A stretch of 63,722 nt of DNA, filler included, from Octopus bimaculoides (GCF_001194135.2; 4 parts of 4 records of this genome joined end to end with filler, not necessarily neighbours in it); one strand, 5' to 3'. Positions 39,562-53,369 are shown, counted from the first letter of the whole stretch. Notes: generated by a model from the sequence alone, not told the origin. A program made the numbers and translations.

Positions 39562-39970
39562 GGCGTAGGAGTGGCTGTGTGGTAAGTAGCTTACTTACCA
39601 ACCACATGGTTCCAGGTTCAGTTCCACTGTGTGGCACCTTGGGCAAGTGTCTTCTACTATAGCCTCGGGCCGACCAAAGCCTTGTGAGTGGATTTGGTAG
39701 ACGGAAACTGAAAAGAAGCCTGTCGTATATATGTATATATATATATGTGTGTGTGTGTGTATGTGTTTGTCCCCCCCTCCCAACATCGCTTGACAACCGA
39801 TGGTGGTGTATTTGTGTCCCCCGTCACTTAGCGGTTCGGCAAAAAGAGACCGATAGAATAAATACTAGGCTTCCAAAGAATAAGTCCTGGGGTCGATTTG
39901 CTCGACTAAAGGCGGTGCTCCAGCATGGCCACAGTGAAAAAGACTGAAACAAGTAAAAGAGTAAAGAGTA
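39562..39970 (+). mobile_element. Near-full SINE of the 'gtggctgtgtggtaagtagctt' family; other copies at about 34676-35620, 36690-36860 (-), 44700-45140 (-), 55310-55560 (-), 40975-41095 (-), 20085-20320, 23330-23470, 32120-32260, 33040-33160
   Basis: tRNA-like head (GGTTCAG B-box variant), internal (TA/TG)n, conserved tail ...ccagcatggccgcagtc..gactgaaacaagtaaaagag. Confidence 0.9.
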
Positions 39971-41119
39971 TACTGCCAAAGCACATGATACATAATGAAG
40001 ATATCTTAGAATAGAGGAGTCTGGGTAATGCATTGAGTGATAACACATGAGATAAAAAAAAAAAGAGATATTGATAAGGCTGAAATAATGCAAAATGAAA
40101 TACAGAAGTCAAGACAGAATACTTTGAAATATTTTGTATTATCGAAGGTAACACAAAATAGATAAGTATACGAAGTTTGAAAGTCTTTCGGTACCAAAAA
40201 CACTACGTAAAACATTAATGAAAAATGTGGCCCCCGTTTTAAAAAAGATCCCAAGGCTGACCAATTTTAAATTGTTTATATCGGAATTGAAACCATTCTT
40301 CATTTTCTAGGCTTCATTATGCCTCAACAAGTGTAAAAGAGTTAAGAGTATATATATATATATACTCTTTTTTACTTGTTTCAGTCATTTGACTGCGGCC
40401 ATGCTGGAGTCATTTTGCATTGTTTCAGACTTATAAAGTTCTTTTTTAATCAAATATCTTTTATCTTTAACTTGTTTCAGTCATTAGACTGTGGTCATGC
40501 TGGGGCACCGCCTTGAAGAATTTTCAGTCGAATGAATTGACCCCCCACCCACCCACTATTTATGTTATTTTTTTTTTTGTTTCAAGACAGTACTTTTTTG
40601 TATCGGACTCTTTTACCGAACTGCTAAGTTACAGGGATGTAAACACACCAACACCGGTTATCAAGCAGTGGTAGGGTACAAACACACACACACACATAAA
40701 GGCCGCGAGCTGGCAGAAACGTTAGCACACCGGGCGAAATGCTTAGCGGTATTTCGTCTGCCGCTACGTTCTGAGTTCAAATTCCGCAGAGGTCGACTTT
40801 GCCTTTCATCCTTTCGGGGTCGATTAAATAAGTACCAGTTACGCACTGGGGTCGATATAATCGATTTAATCCGTGTTTGTCTGTCCTTGTTTGTCCCCTC
40901 TGTGTGTAGCCCCTTGTGGGTAGTAAAGAAATAACACATACACATTGAATGGGCTGCTTTAAATTTCTGTCCACTCACAAGTCTTTGGTCAGCCCGAGGT
41001 TAGAGGAGAAGACACTTGCCCAAGGTGCCGTGTAGTGGACTGAATTCGGAACCATGTAGCTGGGAAGCAAACTTCTTACTACACAGCCATGCTTCCACAC
41101 ACACACACACACACACATA

Positions 41120-42397
41120 CAAGGGGTGTTCGTTAAAGATTTCCCAAGGACTGGGATAAACGAAACTTGGCATAATTATTAGTCCTTCTCCACATAGCCA
41201 CCACCAATGGTGACACACTTCTCCCATCAATTTGTACAGCTGTGAAGACCTCGTCTGTAGAAGTCAGCAGGTTGCATCTGGAGCCAAGATTTTACCTTGG
41301 AAGTAAGTTCATCATCATCTGAAAAGTACCTGCCCTTCGAAAAAGACTTCATTGTTGGAAAGAGGTGGAAGTCAGATGGTGTGAGGTTCGGAGAGTAAAA
41401 GGGATGAAGAAGGATTTCATAGCTGCAGGAGTGTGTTTTTATCTGAGCAACATGCGCATTGTGAACTAGGGCATTGTCTTGGAGAAGGCAGACTCCTTTG
41501 GTCAGCATGCCATGCTTCTCTGCTTTGATGGTGTCCTGCAATTTCCGAAGCAGAGAAGCATAATATGCCCCGTTAGTTGTGGTGAAAGACCATCATTACT
41601 ACTCCATGCTGATCACAAAAGACTGTGGGCATCACTTTGCCTGCTGAGGGTTGGACACGACCCTTCTTTAGAGGTAGTGAGTTATCATGCATCCATTGCT
41701 TCTACTGGACTTTAGTCTCAGGATCATAGTGATGGACCCATGTTTCATCCTGTGTGATAAGTCTGCCATGAAAGTCTTCCTTGTTTTCTTGGCATATTAC
41801 CAAATGAGCCTGGGAGCAATTGACTCATTCCTGCTTCTGAAAAGCTGTGTGGATTCAGGGAAACCATTGTGCAGACAACTTCTGCATATACAAATGGTCA
41901 TGAATGATTTTTTTTTCTACAGACCCTCCATTTATCTTCACTTCTTGGGCTAGTTGCTGAATAGTTATGCAGTGATCCTCCATAATGGCGGCTTCCACTT
42001 TATATCGACGGTGTTGTCATCAATGACGGAATGTTGTCGTCCAGGCATAGAAATAGTTTTCACCTATGTCCAACCACATTTGAACCGGCAATGCCAGTGT
42101 TTGACTACATCATATGATGGTGCATCATCACCATAAACTTCTTTCATTTCATTGAAAGTCTTTTTTGGTGTACGACCTTCTTTCGAGTATAAGAACCTGA
42201 TCACTGATCTGCATCCAACTGCTTCCATTGTAACCCCTTAGTCCACTTCAGCAACCATAAAAGACAAACGAATACTAGTGGAAAGCTGCAATTTACAAAG
42301 TGATATGTAGGGACATGTATGATTATACCTGTACAAATTCTGTTTCATGCAATAACTAGAAGTGGATCAGGGGGGGATCTTTAATGAACATCCTTCA
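41120..42397 (-). mobile_element. Full-length (about 1.28 kb) dead mariner with both TIRs
   Basis: TIRs CAAGGGGTGTTCGTTAAAGAT / ATCTTTAATGAACATCCTTCA; 'LLQDNALVH', 'HPFYSPNLTPSDFHLF', frameshifted 'WEKCVTIGGGYVEK'; inserted at TA next to microsatellites. Confidence 0.9.
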
Positions 42398-42409
42398 TGT
42401 GTGTGTCTA

Positions 42410-42443
<34 letters not shown>

Positions 42444-42557
42444 CTATCTATCTATCTTCTATCTATCTATCTATCTATCTATTTATCCATCCATCCATCT
42501 ATCTGTCTCTCTCTATCTCTCTCTCTCTCTATCTATGTATCTATGTATGTATGTATG

Positions 42558-42599
<42 letters not shown>

Positions 42600-42845
42600 C
42601 CTATCTTGTATCTATCTATCTATCTATCTATCTATGCTTTTGGTGTAAGAGAGAGAGGGAGAGTTTACAAAGAAATAGAAAGGAGGGTGGGTGAGTGCAG
42701 ATTCCCTTTAAGAGGAGAGAAGCACTTCAGGGTTTGTCACTTTTTTCATTTTATATTTTTACTATTTTTAGATTATTATTATTATTATTACGAGAGATCA
42801 AGTGATGGTGGAGAACAAACAGATACAAATACCCACACATATATA

Positions 42846-43064
42846 CAAGGGGGTGCTGAAAAGTTCTTGGCTTTAAGGGTATTGTGAAAGGGCTGGTTGG
42901 AGGTCCAACCTTCTGAGTTCTTTTTACAGGGCTTAGAAAAACTGAAGGGCCGCTGCAATAAGTGCGTGAATCTGAGAGGGGGAATATGTTGTATACAATC
43001 ATAATTAACTGATCGTCTTCTATTTTCGTATACACAGAGCCAGGAACTTTTCAGTACCTCCTCA
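42846..43064 (+). mobile_element. Mariner-derived MITE (about 220 bp)
   Basis: TIRs CAAGGGGGTGCTGAAAAGTTCTTGGCT / AGCCAGGAACTTTTCAGTACCTCCTCA, TA flanks; keeps transposase C-terminus 'GLEKLKGRCNKCVNLRGEYVV'. Confidence 0.85.
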
Positions 43065-44917
43065 TATATATTGCTATATTACACACACACACACACACAT
43101 GCACATGTACACTTCCAATTCATGCATATACAAATATTCATACACCAATACAATACACGCACAAGACATCAGCACAAGATAGATTGTCCAGTGCTCAACA
43201 AGACGAGAGTCAAGTGCCCACTTGACACTATTTCCACACATCAGTCAACCCCTTTACAGGGTGTACTAAATGCTTTCATCATGGCACCAGCACTAGCATC
43301 TAATTCATAGAGAATATGGTATTTTCTGTCGGCATGAAATATAATAGACTACGATATAGCTCCCTGTTTGCAGTTTAATGCGTAACAACCAGGTTACTGT
43401 GCTACTTAAATCTTATCGCTACCAATCTTGCAGAGTGTACCACCACTGATTCTATAATACAAGGCTGGGATCATTTTTAAAACGGGGGCCACATTTTTCA
43501 TTAACGAAACACTTTGAAACTTGGAACACTGGTAGAATGTGTCATATAAAACATCTTTTTCTCTTAGTCTTCTTAAAAAAAAAAAGAAATCCCTAAGTTA
43601 TTCCATGTGAAAGTTGTCGTATTTCTGTAATTTCAACCAATCACTGACGTCCATTCAGCCGATATACATTAAGTGCCGACTACATAAACAAACGATTCTG
43701 AAACAATTCTATCGGTGATAGGGTTAGGGTTAGGGTAAAACAGCAAATTTAAAAAGAAAAAAGCAAATAAAACGAAGNNNNNNNNNNNNNNNNNNNNNNN
43801 NNNNNNNNNNNNNNNNNNNNNTTAATTAATTAANNNNNNNNNNNNNNNNNNNNNNNNNNNNNNNNNNNNNNNNNNNNTAGACAGACAGGTAGGCACATAG
43901 ATAGATAGATAGATACATACATACATACATATATACATAGACAGGTAGACAAGCAAACAGACAGGCAGACAGAGAGGCAGACAGTTCGACAGACAGACAG
44001 ACAAACAGACAGATAGATAGATACATACATACATACATACATACATACATACATACATAGATGCATACATACACATGATATTCGAAGAGGCAGAAGTCGA
44101 TATACACTGGTAAATTGTAAGCAAGGAACTAATTGGAAGTCAGTACTGAAGAAATCACCTTTTCTTTTCTTTGAATGGAACTACACTGCCAATTATGTCA
44201 CTTTGAAGTCACGCCAATGCTGTTCTGAATCACTACCACACCGCTCCAAACCGCCCCTTGAGAAGCCCAAAGCACCAAAACTTCTAAACTAAAACTACAT
44301 TAACTCTTTCAGTCAACAACCCTTCCATTTCCAACATCATTTAACCAACATCAAATATTAACAAAATGGCTGCTGTTATTTGTTATGAAGACTACATTAT
44401 AGCAACAGTTACTGAAGCTTCTTCAGTTCTTGGTTCTCTTACTATTGCTGTTAAAAATATTATACACAGAACATCACCGCCAACATATTCAACACTGTAT
44501 TAAACAAAATGATCCTTTGCACTAGTGAACGAAGGAGAATTTTATGGTTTTGCTCTTATTTTCTTCGTTCGATAACTAAATCTCTTAACAATTACGCAGA
44601 TTATTATGCATCATCTAATACATTCCTCTGTACATGCCTAAATAACTAAGATTGTTTAGTATATCTAGTGTTATGCATTATATGTAGGACTTAACATCTC
44701 TTTACTCTTTCACTCTTTTACTTGTTTCAGTCATTTCAACTGCAGCCATGCTGGAGCACCGCCTTTTTAGTCGAGCAAATCGACCCCACGACTTATTCTT
44801 TGTAAACCTAGTACTTATTTTATCGGATCTTTTTTTGCCCAACCACTAGCTTACGGGGAAGTAAGCACACCACCATCGGTTGTCAAGCGATGTTGGGGGG
44901 ACAAACATAGACACACA

Positions 44918-44964
<47 letters not shown>

Positions 44965-45142
44965 NNNNNNNNNNNNNNNNNNNNNNNNNNNNNNNNNNNN
45001 NNNNNNNNNNNNNNNNNNNNNNNNNNNNNNNNNNNNNNNNNNNNNNNNNNNNNATATATACTTATATACGACGGGCTTCTTTCAGTTTCCGTCTACCAAA
45101 TTCACTCACAAAGCTTTGGTCGACCCGAGGCTACAGTAGAAG

Positions 45143-45400
45143 AGGTGTACAAGACAAAACCCCACAACACTGGAGGACTTGGAAACATGGATTCAGGAGA
45201 TTCCCAATGATATCCCAAGACGACGTCCTTCAGAAGGTTGTTCATTCCATCACTAGTCGTTTGAGGAAACTGGTTGACGCCAGCGGTGTTTACGTTGAAA
45301 TATTTTCCGCATAATAAAGAACATGTATCATTTGTTTCAATAAATATGTAAAGGGAATATGGATTTTATTACCATTTTTTAATGCCAACTTATTTCCCAC
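45143..45400 (+). mobile_element. Tc1/mariner-family transposase C-terminal fragment interrupting a SINE
   Basis: 'VYKTKP..' then frameshifted 'ISQDDVLQKVVHSITSRLRKLVDASGVYVE', resembling the conserved C-terminal helix of Tc1/mariner transposases. Confidence 0.55.
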
Positions 45401-47025
45401 CCCCATATATATACAGTATCTTCTTCAGCTTTTAATTTAGTTGTATATACAAAATATAACATATATATTGTACACAGTGTTCGTTCGTTTAAATTTCGAT
45501 AGAGGTGTAGTTTTGCCTGGGTTTAAATTTAATACTATATTTAGAAAATTTACTACATCTAAGTATGTGTTGGTGGGTTTTAATTTACGTCCTTAAAAAT
45601 ACTAGCAGTTACTTTTATATGTTTTTCTATATCATACCTTTAATGACCCTGTATACGTTAGCCTCTTCTTAAACCTATCCTGTGCCAGCTTGTTCAATCT
45701 GAATATAGTATTGACTTTTAGAGTCGGCAGATGCATGAATGGATAACTAAAGATTTTACGTCCCTAAAGTATGTAAATCAAATGGAAAATTCCAAAAAAA
45801 GGAATAAAGATGGTTATTTCTTCTGCAAGTTAATGAGTTTTATTTTCGACTCGTAAATTATCGTTTTTAACCTGTAAAACTCTTACATAACATACACGTG
45901 TGATACACGCAAACGAGATTAGCCTGCCAAATAAATGCACGCTGGTGGCATGTTCAATTCTTTATTATTAGTATTATTATCTTTTATGAATTTTCAGCAT
46001 AGGAGGAAGATTTGTTGCCCGAGGAAACGAGAATTTGCTGAAACTTCGAGTAGAAATGCAAAGGGCATTAGCTAAATAAGTATGTAAACATGTATGTGTG
46101 TTTTGCATGTATATATGTATATTTAAGGGCATTAGCTGAATATAAATATAAACATATATGTGTGTATGTGTGTTCTGTGTGTTTTTGTGTGTATATGTGT
46201 CTGTAAGTATCCATGCATGTACGTATGCATATATAAGTATACACATATAGTATGTTTGTCTGTAAGTGTGTTTTTCTGCATAAAGTTACAAAAGCGTCCG
46301 AAAACAGTAGGATGCTGTCAACATAAGCACACACCACACGTAATAAAACGGACTACAATACTCATTGAAGAATATCCCTGTCTCATCGTAGAAACTCTGT
46401 CTAATGCGGACTTCTTCGAAGATTGAATGCAACTAACCAGACACTCACGAACTTAGATCTAAATCCCCGGAAACGATGATCAGATGCCTTTGAAAATGAC
46501 CAGGTGTTTTATAAACGTGATTATAGTATTTAGTATTGACCAAATCCTAAAATAAGTCCGTAGGCACATTTCTTTTAAGTGTTTTGTTGTTGTTTTTTTT
46601 TGTTGTTGTTGGTGTTTTGCTTTCTTCTCTTACAAACCGTTAGCCCAGGTAATCTTTGGAAAAACTATTTAAAACCAAGTAAATTCTAAAAACTAAACAA
46701 AGACATTAATACCGCTTTATCACAAAGGGTTATCTTTTCTTTTTTTCAAAACAAAGAATATATAATAAAACATCAACATATACAATTCTTTTCTGACTGT
46801 GGCACAAGACCAGGAATTTGCTGTGATGGGTTACTCAATTAAGTCAACCTGAGTACTTACAAGTAATTTATTTTATCGACACTAGAAGGACGAAAAAACA
46901 AAGCAGGCCTCGGCGGGTTTTGACTAAAAGAAGGTAAAGGACCGTAACAAATATTCACATATATATGAGTCGATTTAATCAAGTAGAATTTCCAGTAAAA
47001 ATTGCTGGACCTGTACCAAATCAGA

Positions 47026-47108
<83 letters not shown>

Positions 47109-48296
47109 TCTTTATTATCATTAATATTATCTTCTTACAATTTTGTTTACATTTCTTGCCGAGTGTCTTTCCAACACCTAGGGCAAATAAACTCACTGTA
47201 TAAATTGATAGGCCATTAAAATAAACACACCAGATTGCTTATTCTCATAGTTATGTGAGAGAAAAAATGGGAAGAAAGACAAAGAGAAAAGGAAAGAGAG
47301 AATAATTAATGCAGTGAGCTGGCAAAATATCGACATTATTGCTAAACTGGTAATTATTTTATAGAACGTGACGTCGATCTCAACAGAAATTGAAATTACA
47401 ATGTAGCCACGCACGAGATGCCGTTAAGTATTTCATGTGGCATGCTAACCATTCTGCCAGAGCGATGGTTTAACAGAACTAAAATATCAATTTCAAACTT
47501 TGGCACAAATCAAGCATGTTCGGCGAAACACGTCGACCCCGATGTTCAACTAGTACTTATTTTATCGATCACGAAAGAATAAAAGGCAAATTCCACCTCG
47601 GCGGAAATTAAACTCAGAACGTAAAGACGGACAAAACGCCGCTAAGGATTTCTTTCACCCAGCGTGCGAACGCTTCTGTCAGCTTGCAGCCTTGGCTTCA
47701 CATTTCGGTTCAAATTTGTGAGAGGGATAAATCGATTATATCGACCCAAGGCTCAACTGGCAACTATTTAATCGATCCTCAAAGGATAAAAGTCACAGTT
47801 GACCTCATTGGAATTCAGTTAACCGAACAAATTCATGCTCATCGTTTAGAAAGTGTGCTAGAGAACCCATGACATCATGTATTTTTCATTGGGTGTGGAA
47901 TAAATTAAATTGAAAATCGTTGACATTTCAATGTAGAGAATCTAGTCTAAATATCGCAAAATATTTAAATCCACGTTAAATAGTTTATGACATCTCACTG
48001 TAATAATAATTTTTCTAAATTATATAGAATAGAAAAAAGTTTCAACAAAACTCGCATTGAAATAACCATTGCATTTTTCATGGTAGTTGAAATAAGAAAA
48101 GAAACTGTTTGAAATTTCAAAATATATTGGTGTTTTATTGGATTCGTCTCACCAGGGCATTGGCACTTACGCGAAGATGCTCAGGAAGTATTGGCTAATT
48201 ACTTGGAAAATAATATACGACAGTTTTGAAAATATTTTGATATTATAGAAATGCTTGCATATTGTTTTTGTATAACAGATTTCGTGTGATTGCCAG

Positions 48297-48391
48297 AGGC
48301 GTTTATTGTACCATGCGTAGACCGAATATTATTACTATGGGATTTCAATGCAGCTCTTCTCTTCGGAGAGGAATACGGACAGATTAATACG
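48297..48391 (+). CDS. Orphan internal coding exon ((E/K)AFIVPCVDRILLLWDFNAALLFGEEYGQINT)
   Basis: gattgccag|AG ... ACG|gtgagt (consensus donor); 95 nt, phase 1 to 0, open in unique sequence. Partner exons not identified. Confidence 0.55.
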
Positions 48392-49779
48392 GTGAGTTTG
48401 TAAAGTAGGGAAACGCATGCATTAACCCTTTCAACGAAGCTGTCATTTTGAAACGAGTTTTCTCTTTTGTCTTTCCGTCTTCTCTATACGAAGAATGTTA
48501 GAATTGATTGCTTCGGTATTTCCACGATGAAAAGGTCAAAGAAAAGGTTAAGTAAAACTGAATATTGCGAGATGAAAGCTGACTAATACAAATAGACAAT
48601 GAAAAAAAAACGTTCTTGTGCAGTAAGGATCATGTGATTCTTTTATAAACCTAGCATAGGAAAATATCGATCCAAAAATTTGAAATCTTGCGAATATCGT
48701 TGCGTCAAAAAGATTTACAACTATTTAATAGTAAATAATACCATTCTCTTAGAATTTAATACACAAACAGATGTTTTTCGATCAAATATCTTTTACAATG
48801 TATTGTAGAAACGTTTACATTGAAAGAAGTTCTCTTTGCGTCCTGTTGATTTTGATCCTAACAGCATGTACTTAAATATTATTACACAGACTGATGTTTA
48901 ATGTCAGAGATACTTACAATAAAATTTATGGAAATTTTGGTATTTCACTGAAAGTTTTTGGTGAACTTGGTTGTATTTGGTTACTAGGGAGGGGAGAGAT
49001 TTATTGTTGAATGTTATATTCGTATCACTATGTTCGATTATAATTTTGGAATAGTTTCAAACTATAAAGATAATTCGGAATAGTCTTTAGAAATTGTAAT
49101 ATTAACCCGGTAACCGTCAGTCACTCATTTTTCCCTGCAACGTTTCAGTGTTTAACTTGAAGTGCAGCAATTAGGAAAAAAAATCACTCTGCATACAAAT
49201 TTCATTGTGGTTAAATTTGACTTGTTTTTATCAATGCCCACTGCCATTCAAAAATATGGCGTGGTGGATTTCGATAAGCTTTTGATGGTTCAACCAACTG
49301 AATTCCAACTCGTGAAACTAAGTAGCTGCATATTCCATAGACACGAGTACACTTAACACAATTCTAAGATCAAATCAACGGAAGACAATGTGTAAAGGTC
49401 GGTGTTTTGTACTACTAGTACAATCCAGGAAGAAAGATGGTGTCAGAAAAGAATCGGACCGTTATACTTGACATGTAATTTATTTATTGATTCCAAATGA
49501 GTGAAAAATTGACATTTTTAAGACTTTAATTTATAAAACCAGGACTGATTTTCATAAGGGATTTTATCCAACATTGCGACGATTTTTCTCCCTAAAGTTC
49601 AGTCTTTGTTCCAACCTGGTGGCTTCGTGGACCTTAATTACACGGGGACCGTTGCCAGCGGAGCGCAATGGTTTGATTGGACTTCAATGCTAGAGAAGTT
49701 CGAAAGATAAAGGCTAGACTAATATGGATGACCACTTCCTAGAGATACAATCTGTTTGCTCAAGTCCGATGACCCTATC

Positions 49780-50010
49780 TAGAAAAAGGCATAGACACAG
49801 AAGCATCTGTTTCCCCTATATGAACCTACAAGGGAGGTTGGAGAAGGGATACGCTACAAATGGCTAAAGGCGGGATACTGAGACAGAATTGTAAAGAGAA
49901 AAGGGAAATCCAGTTGGATCTATGCTAAAAAGACAGCTCAGAGACGAGGAGAATGGAGAAACATTATGGATGTCCTTTGCTCCAAAGGGGGTGAGGTGCT
50001 GAAATAAGTT
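49780..50010 (+). mobile_element. Degenerate RTE-like LINE 3' end
   Basis: 'W.YAKKTAQRRGEWRNIMDVLCSKGGE' resembles RTE ORF2 termini. Confidence 0.55.
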
Positions 50011-50235
50011 GTAGGGGTAAGTGTAACGTTTCTACAAATTTGTCGCTTTGAAATAATCACCAAATATGGGTGAAGCATGAGACAAAATATTCCTCAGCTG
50101 ATTCTGAACTAGAGGCAGAAATTGTGCTTTGTTATAGTTGGAACTGCAGAAGACTTGTGGCATTTATTCCTCTCTCAGAACTCTTAAGCTTATAAATATT
50201 TTTGAAATGTGTTGTTTTAATGGAAAATTGAAATA

Positions 50236-50314
<79 letters not shown>

Positions 50315-51989
50315 TATTCCACGGTCTCTTAGATGTCAAATTGGTTAAAAGTTCAATTCTGTTTTACTTGCTAAGTGTGGAAGAAATGGAAGTGACCATG
50401 GTCTTTGCAAACCTTCCAACAACGGCGATCTTAATGATGCTAATGTTCCGTTAGAACCAGTGAAGAATTCTCCAGAGGGCTGATGATTCTGGGTGGGAAA
50501 AAGACTGTGCATAGTGGTCACTCAGGAACCGGTAGACATCGGATTAGATGCAACAAAGATAACAAAAGGAAAGGTGATGAATAAGCCGTGGATACCTTAG
50601 AGGGGGAAATGTGAGAACTGCCAGCTCAGAGATACAGAGCTGAGTTGTGGCCGAACATACATTTGTTAGATCAGCAAAACCAAAATTAGTGAAGCAGGAA
50701 ATTCCCTTAAGCCAAAGCTGCAGTCACATTGATACGATTTGTGTCTTTTCAGCTAAATAAAAAGACTAAATTTACGCTGAAAAGTTGTGAAGGTTTGAAT
50801 CCCGATATACTGTAGTTACAGTCATAACCATTGCTCTGAAGGTTATATGTTTATCTAAATAACAGAACTAAGATTCCGAATGAATAGTAAAGGATGCTGT
50901 TGTAATACGCATGTACTTTCTTCTTGTTTTACATAGAAGTGTATATATACATCTCAGAATATACTGTAGAAAATATAATTGCATAACGCCGTTGTTTTAT
51001 CCTTGAAATATGTATTTTTACCAAGTTAAGAGGCCTAAGCTGTAAGCTGCGAGGCTAAATATGTCGTTGAAACATTACGTACATCTTTTTACTGATATAA
51101 TCATAAATATAGAGTAGTGTAAAGCTCTCGGGAAACACTGGGAAAATGTCAATGTGTTACACTCAACCCTTACCTAGAATATTATCAGCGTACTTTGAAG
51201 AAATGTCAGTGACGTTATAGTGCATTTCCTCAAGCAGTAACGTCGTAAATTTGCAAAAATAAAGGTTTAGAGGAAACATAATACAGAACTCGAAATCCAA
51301 ATGGAGAATTTGTCGGAAGTTATTTTAATCTCTAATTTACGTAACCTTTAAAAATACCTTCAGAAAAAGAAATATCTGCTGACATCTATTGCACAAAATT
51401 ATTAATTTCTGCAATCATACCACTAATTTGCAATTCGTTACAAATAAAAACCTAAATATGATTAACCGTTATTTCTTCTCCAGAAATAGCCTTACTTTGA
51501 GGGAGAAAATTCGAGACTTAATTACATCATATCACGATAATTAAAACTAAATTACTGTAATTGATTGATGCATATTCAGTGTAATTGAGTTCGCATTTAA
51601 TTTTAGTAAAAGTACTGATGATATTGTGGCAGAAACGAAGGCAAGATGTGTACGTTTAAAATTTCTTGATGTCGCCTCGGCTATTAAAGTTCGGATCTCA
51701 TGCTTTGCTTAGATTGAATTGTCTCCCATTGATGACGTCGTTCCGAAATCATAAGCACACGATGTCAAACTGAACAGTCTTAACGCATTTTCTATTTGAG
51801 TTTACATTTTAACTTGTTACATCTTGGTAAGCGGTCTTTTGTTGATGGTGCTGTGCCAGCAAAGAAAGACGAATGCATGAGCGCAACGTTAAATACACAT
51901 CACTTCTTTTCGTTCCGTTTCTATTACATTAGTTCTGATCTCAATTTCAATCTGATTCAACATATCTTAATAATCATATCTGCTGGAAG

Positions 51990-52650
51990 CCCTTAGTCCT
52001 TCGTCCACCCCGCGTCTGGTGGCGCATTCGGCAGACAACAATCTCCACGGATCTCTATCGGCAGCCTCTCTCTCGATGTTTTCCCGTTTTCTGTTTATTA
52101 CTGCTATGTCTGCTTTAAACGATCTGCGCCATGTTGTTTTTGGTCTTCCTCTCTTTCTCTTTCCACCAGGTGGTCCCCATCTAAATGCTGATTTGGCGTG
52201 CCGTTGGTCTGGCATGCGGAAAATGTGCCCGGCTAGTCTCCTTCTTCTCTCTGCCACGATGTCTTGCAACTTTCTTGACTGTGCTCGCTGGAGGATTGTA
52301 GTATTTGTGATGTGGTCGCTATAGGAGATCTTCAATGTCTTCCGCAAGCACCTCTGATGGAATACATCCAGTTACTTGGATATTGTTGATGTTACTTTCT
52401 AAGTTTCACTGGCATACAGTGCTTTAGGTAACACGATGGAGCTGTATAGATGCAGTTTTATTTTCAAATCAATGCTTTTACTTGCCTAGATTTTCCCCAA
52501 TTTGTGAAAACTGCTGCAGCTTTGCCAACTATCACTTTGACATCACTTTCTGCCCCTGCATCACTCGCTAGTACGCTGCCCATGTATGAAAACCTGGTAA
52601 CATCTTCAACTGGCTGATTTCCAACTGTTATTTTTACGTCGCTTTGTTTG
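51990..52650 (-). mobile_element. RTE-clade LINE ORF2 C-terminal fragment
   Basis: 'LYSSIVLPKALYASET...LDVFHQRCLRKTLKISYSDHITNTTIL...RRLAGHIFRMPDQRHAK...GKRKRGRPKTTWRR'. Confidence 0.9.
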
Positions 52651-53292
52651 TTCTCTACCTATGGAAGCACACAGCCTCAAATTTGGTGGAGGGGATTAAG
52701 TCGATTACAAGGACCCTAGTGCGTAACTGGTACTCATTTAATCAACCCCGAAAGGATGTAAGGCAAAGTCGACATTAGTGGAATTTGAACTTAGAAGCAT
52801 TTCTCCCGGCGTCCTAACGATTCTGCCAGTTTGCAGCCACCATATATCCTTTTCTACTCAAGGCACAAGACACGAAATTTTGGAGGAGGGGCCCAGTCGA
52901 TTAGATCGACCACAGTATGCAACTGGTACTTAATTTATCGACCCCGAAAGGATAAAAGGTAAAGTTGACCTCGGCGGAATTTGAACTCAGAATGTAAAGA
53001 CGGACGAAATACCACCAAGCTTTTCGCCCGGCGTGCTAACGTGTGTGCCAGCTCGTCGCCTTCATATATTTTAATAATGATGTAGGTATTGAGCTGGCAT
53101 GACCATTGGAAAGTTGGACAAAAATGCTGAACAGCATTTCTTTAGGTTCTGGGTTTAAATACGCTGAGGTTATTTAAATCGAACTCGACATCTTGGGGTT
53201 AGTAGCCCGCGCTCTTAACCACTATTCCACGGGCATATGACGTAGTGGTCTACTAACACCAAGATGTCAAGTTCGATTCCAGGAAGTGACCT

Positions 53293-53338
53293 GAAGAAGA
53301 AGAAGAAGAAGAAGAAGAAGAAGAAGAAGAAGAAGAAG

Positions 53339-53368
<30 letters not shown>
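53293..53368. repeat. (GAA)n microsatellite, representative of dozens of (TA)n, (CA)n, (TATC)n, (CATA)n, (AAT)n, (ACT)n and (CT)n tracts throughout the window
   Basis: Direct reading; most N gaps are bordered by such tracts. Confidence 0.95.

Positions 53369-53369
<1 letters not shown>

Noticed and set aside
48279-48296. In-frame TGA upstream of the WDFNAALL exon as possible selenocysteine
   Set aside because: A second AG at 48295-48296 removes it, and no SECIS element was seen.
50478-50515. CTGATGA followed by GAAA as another hammerhead
   Set aside because: No stem II closing pair and no NUH/stem I pairing. Same result for CTGACGA at about 12046.
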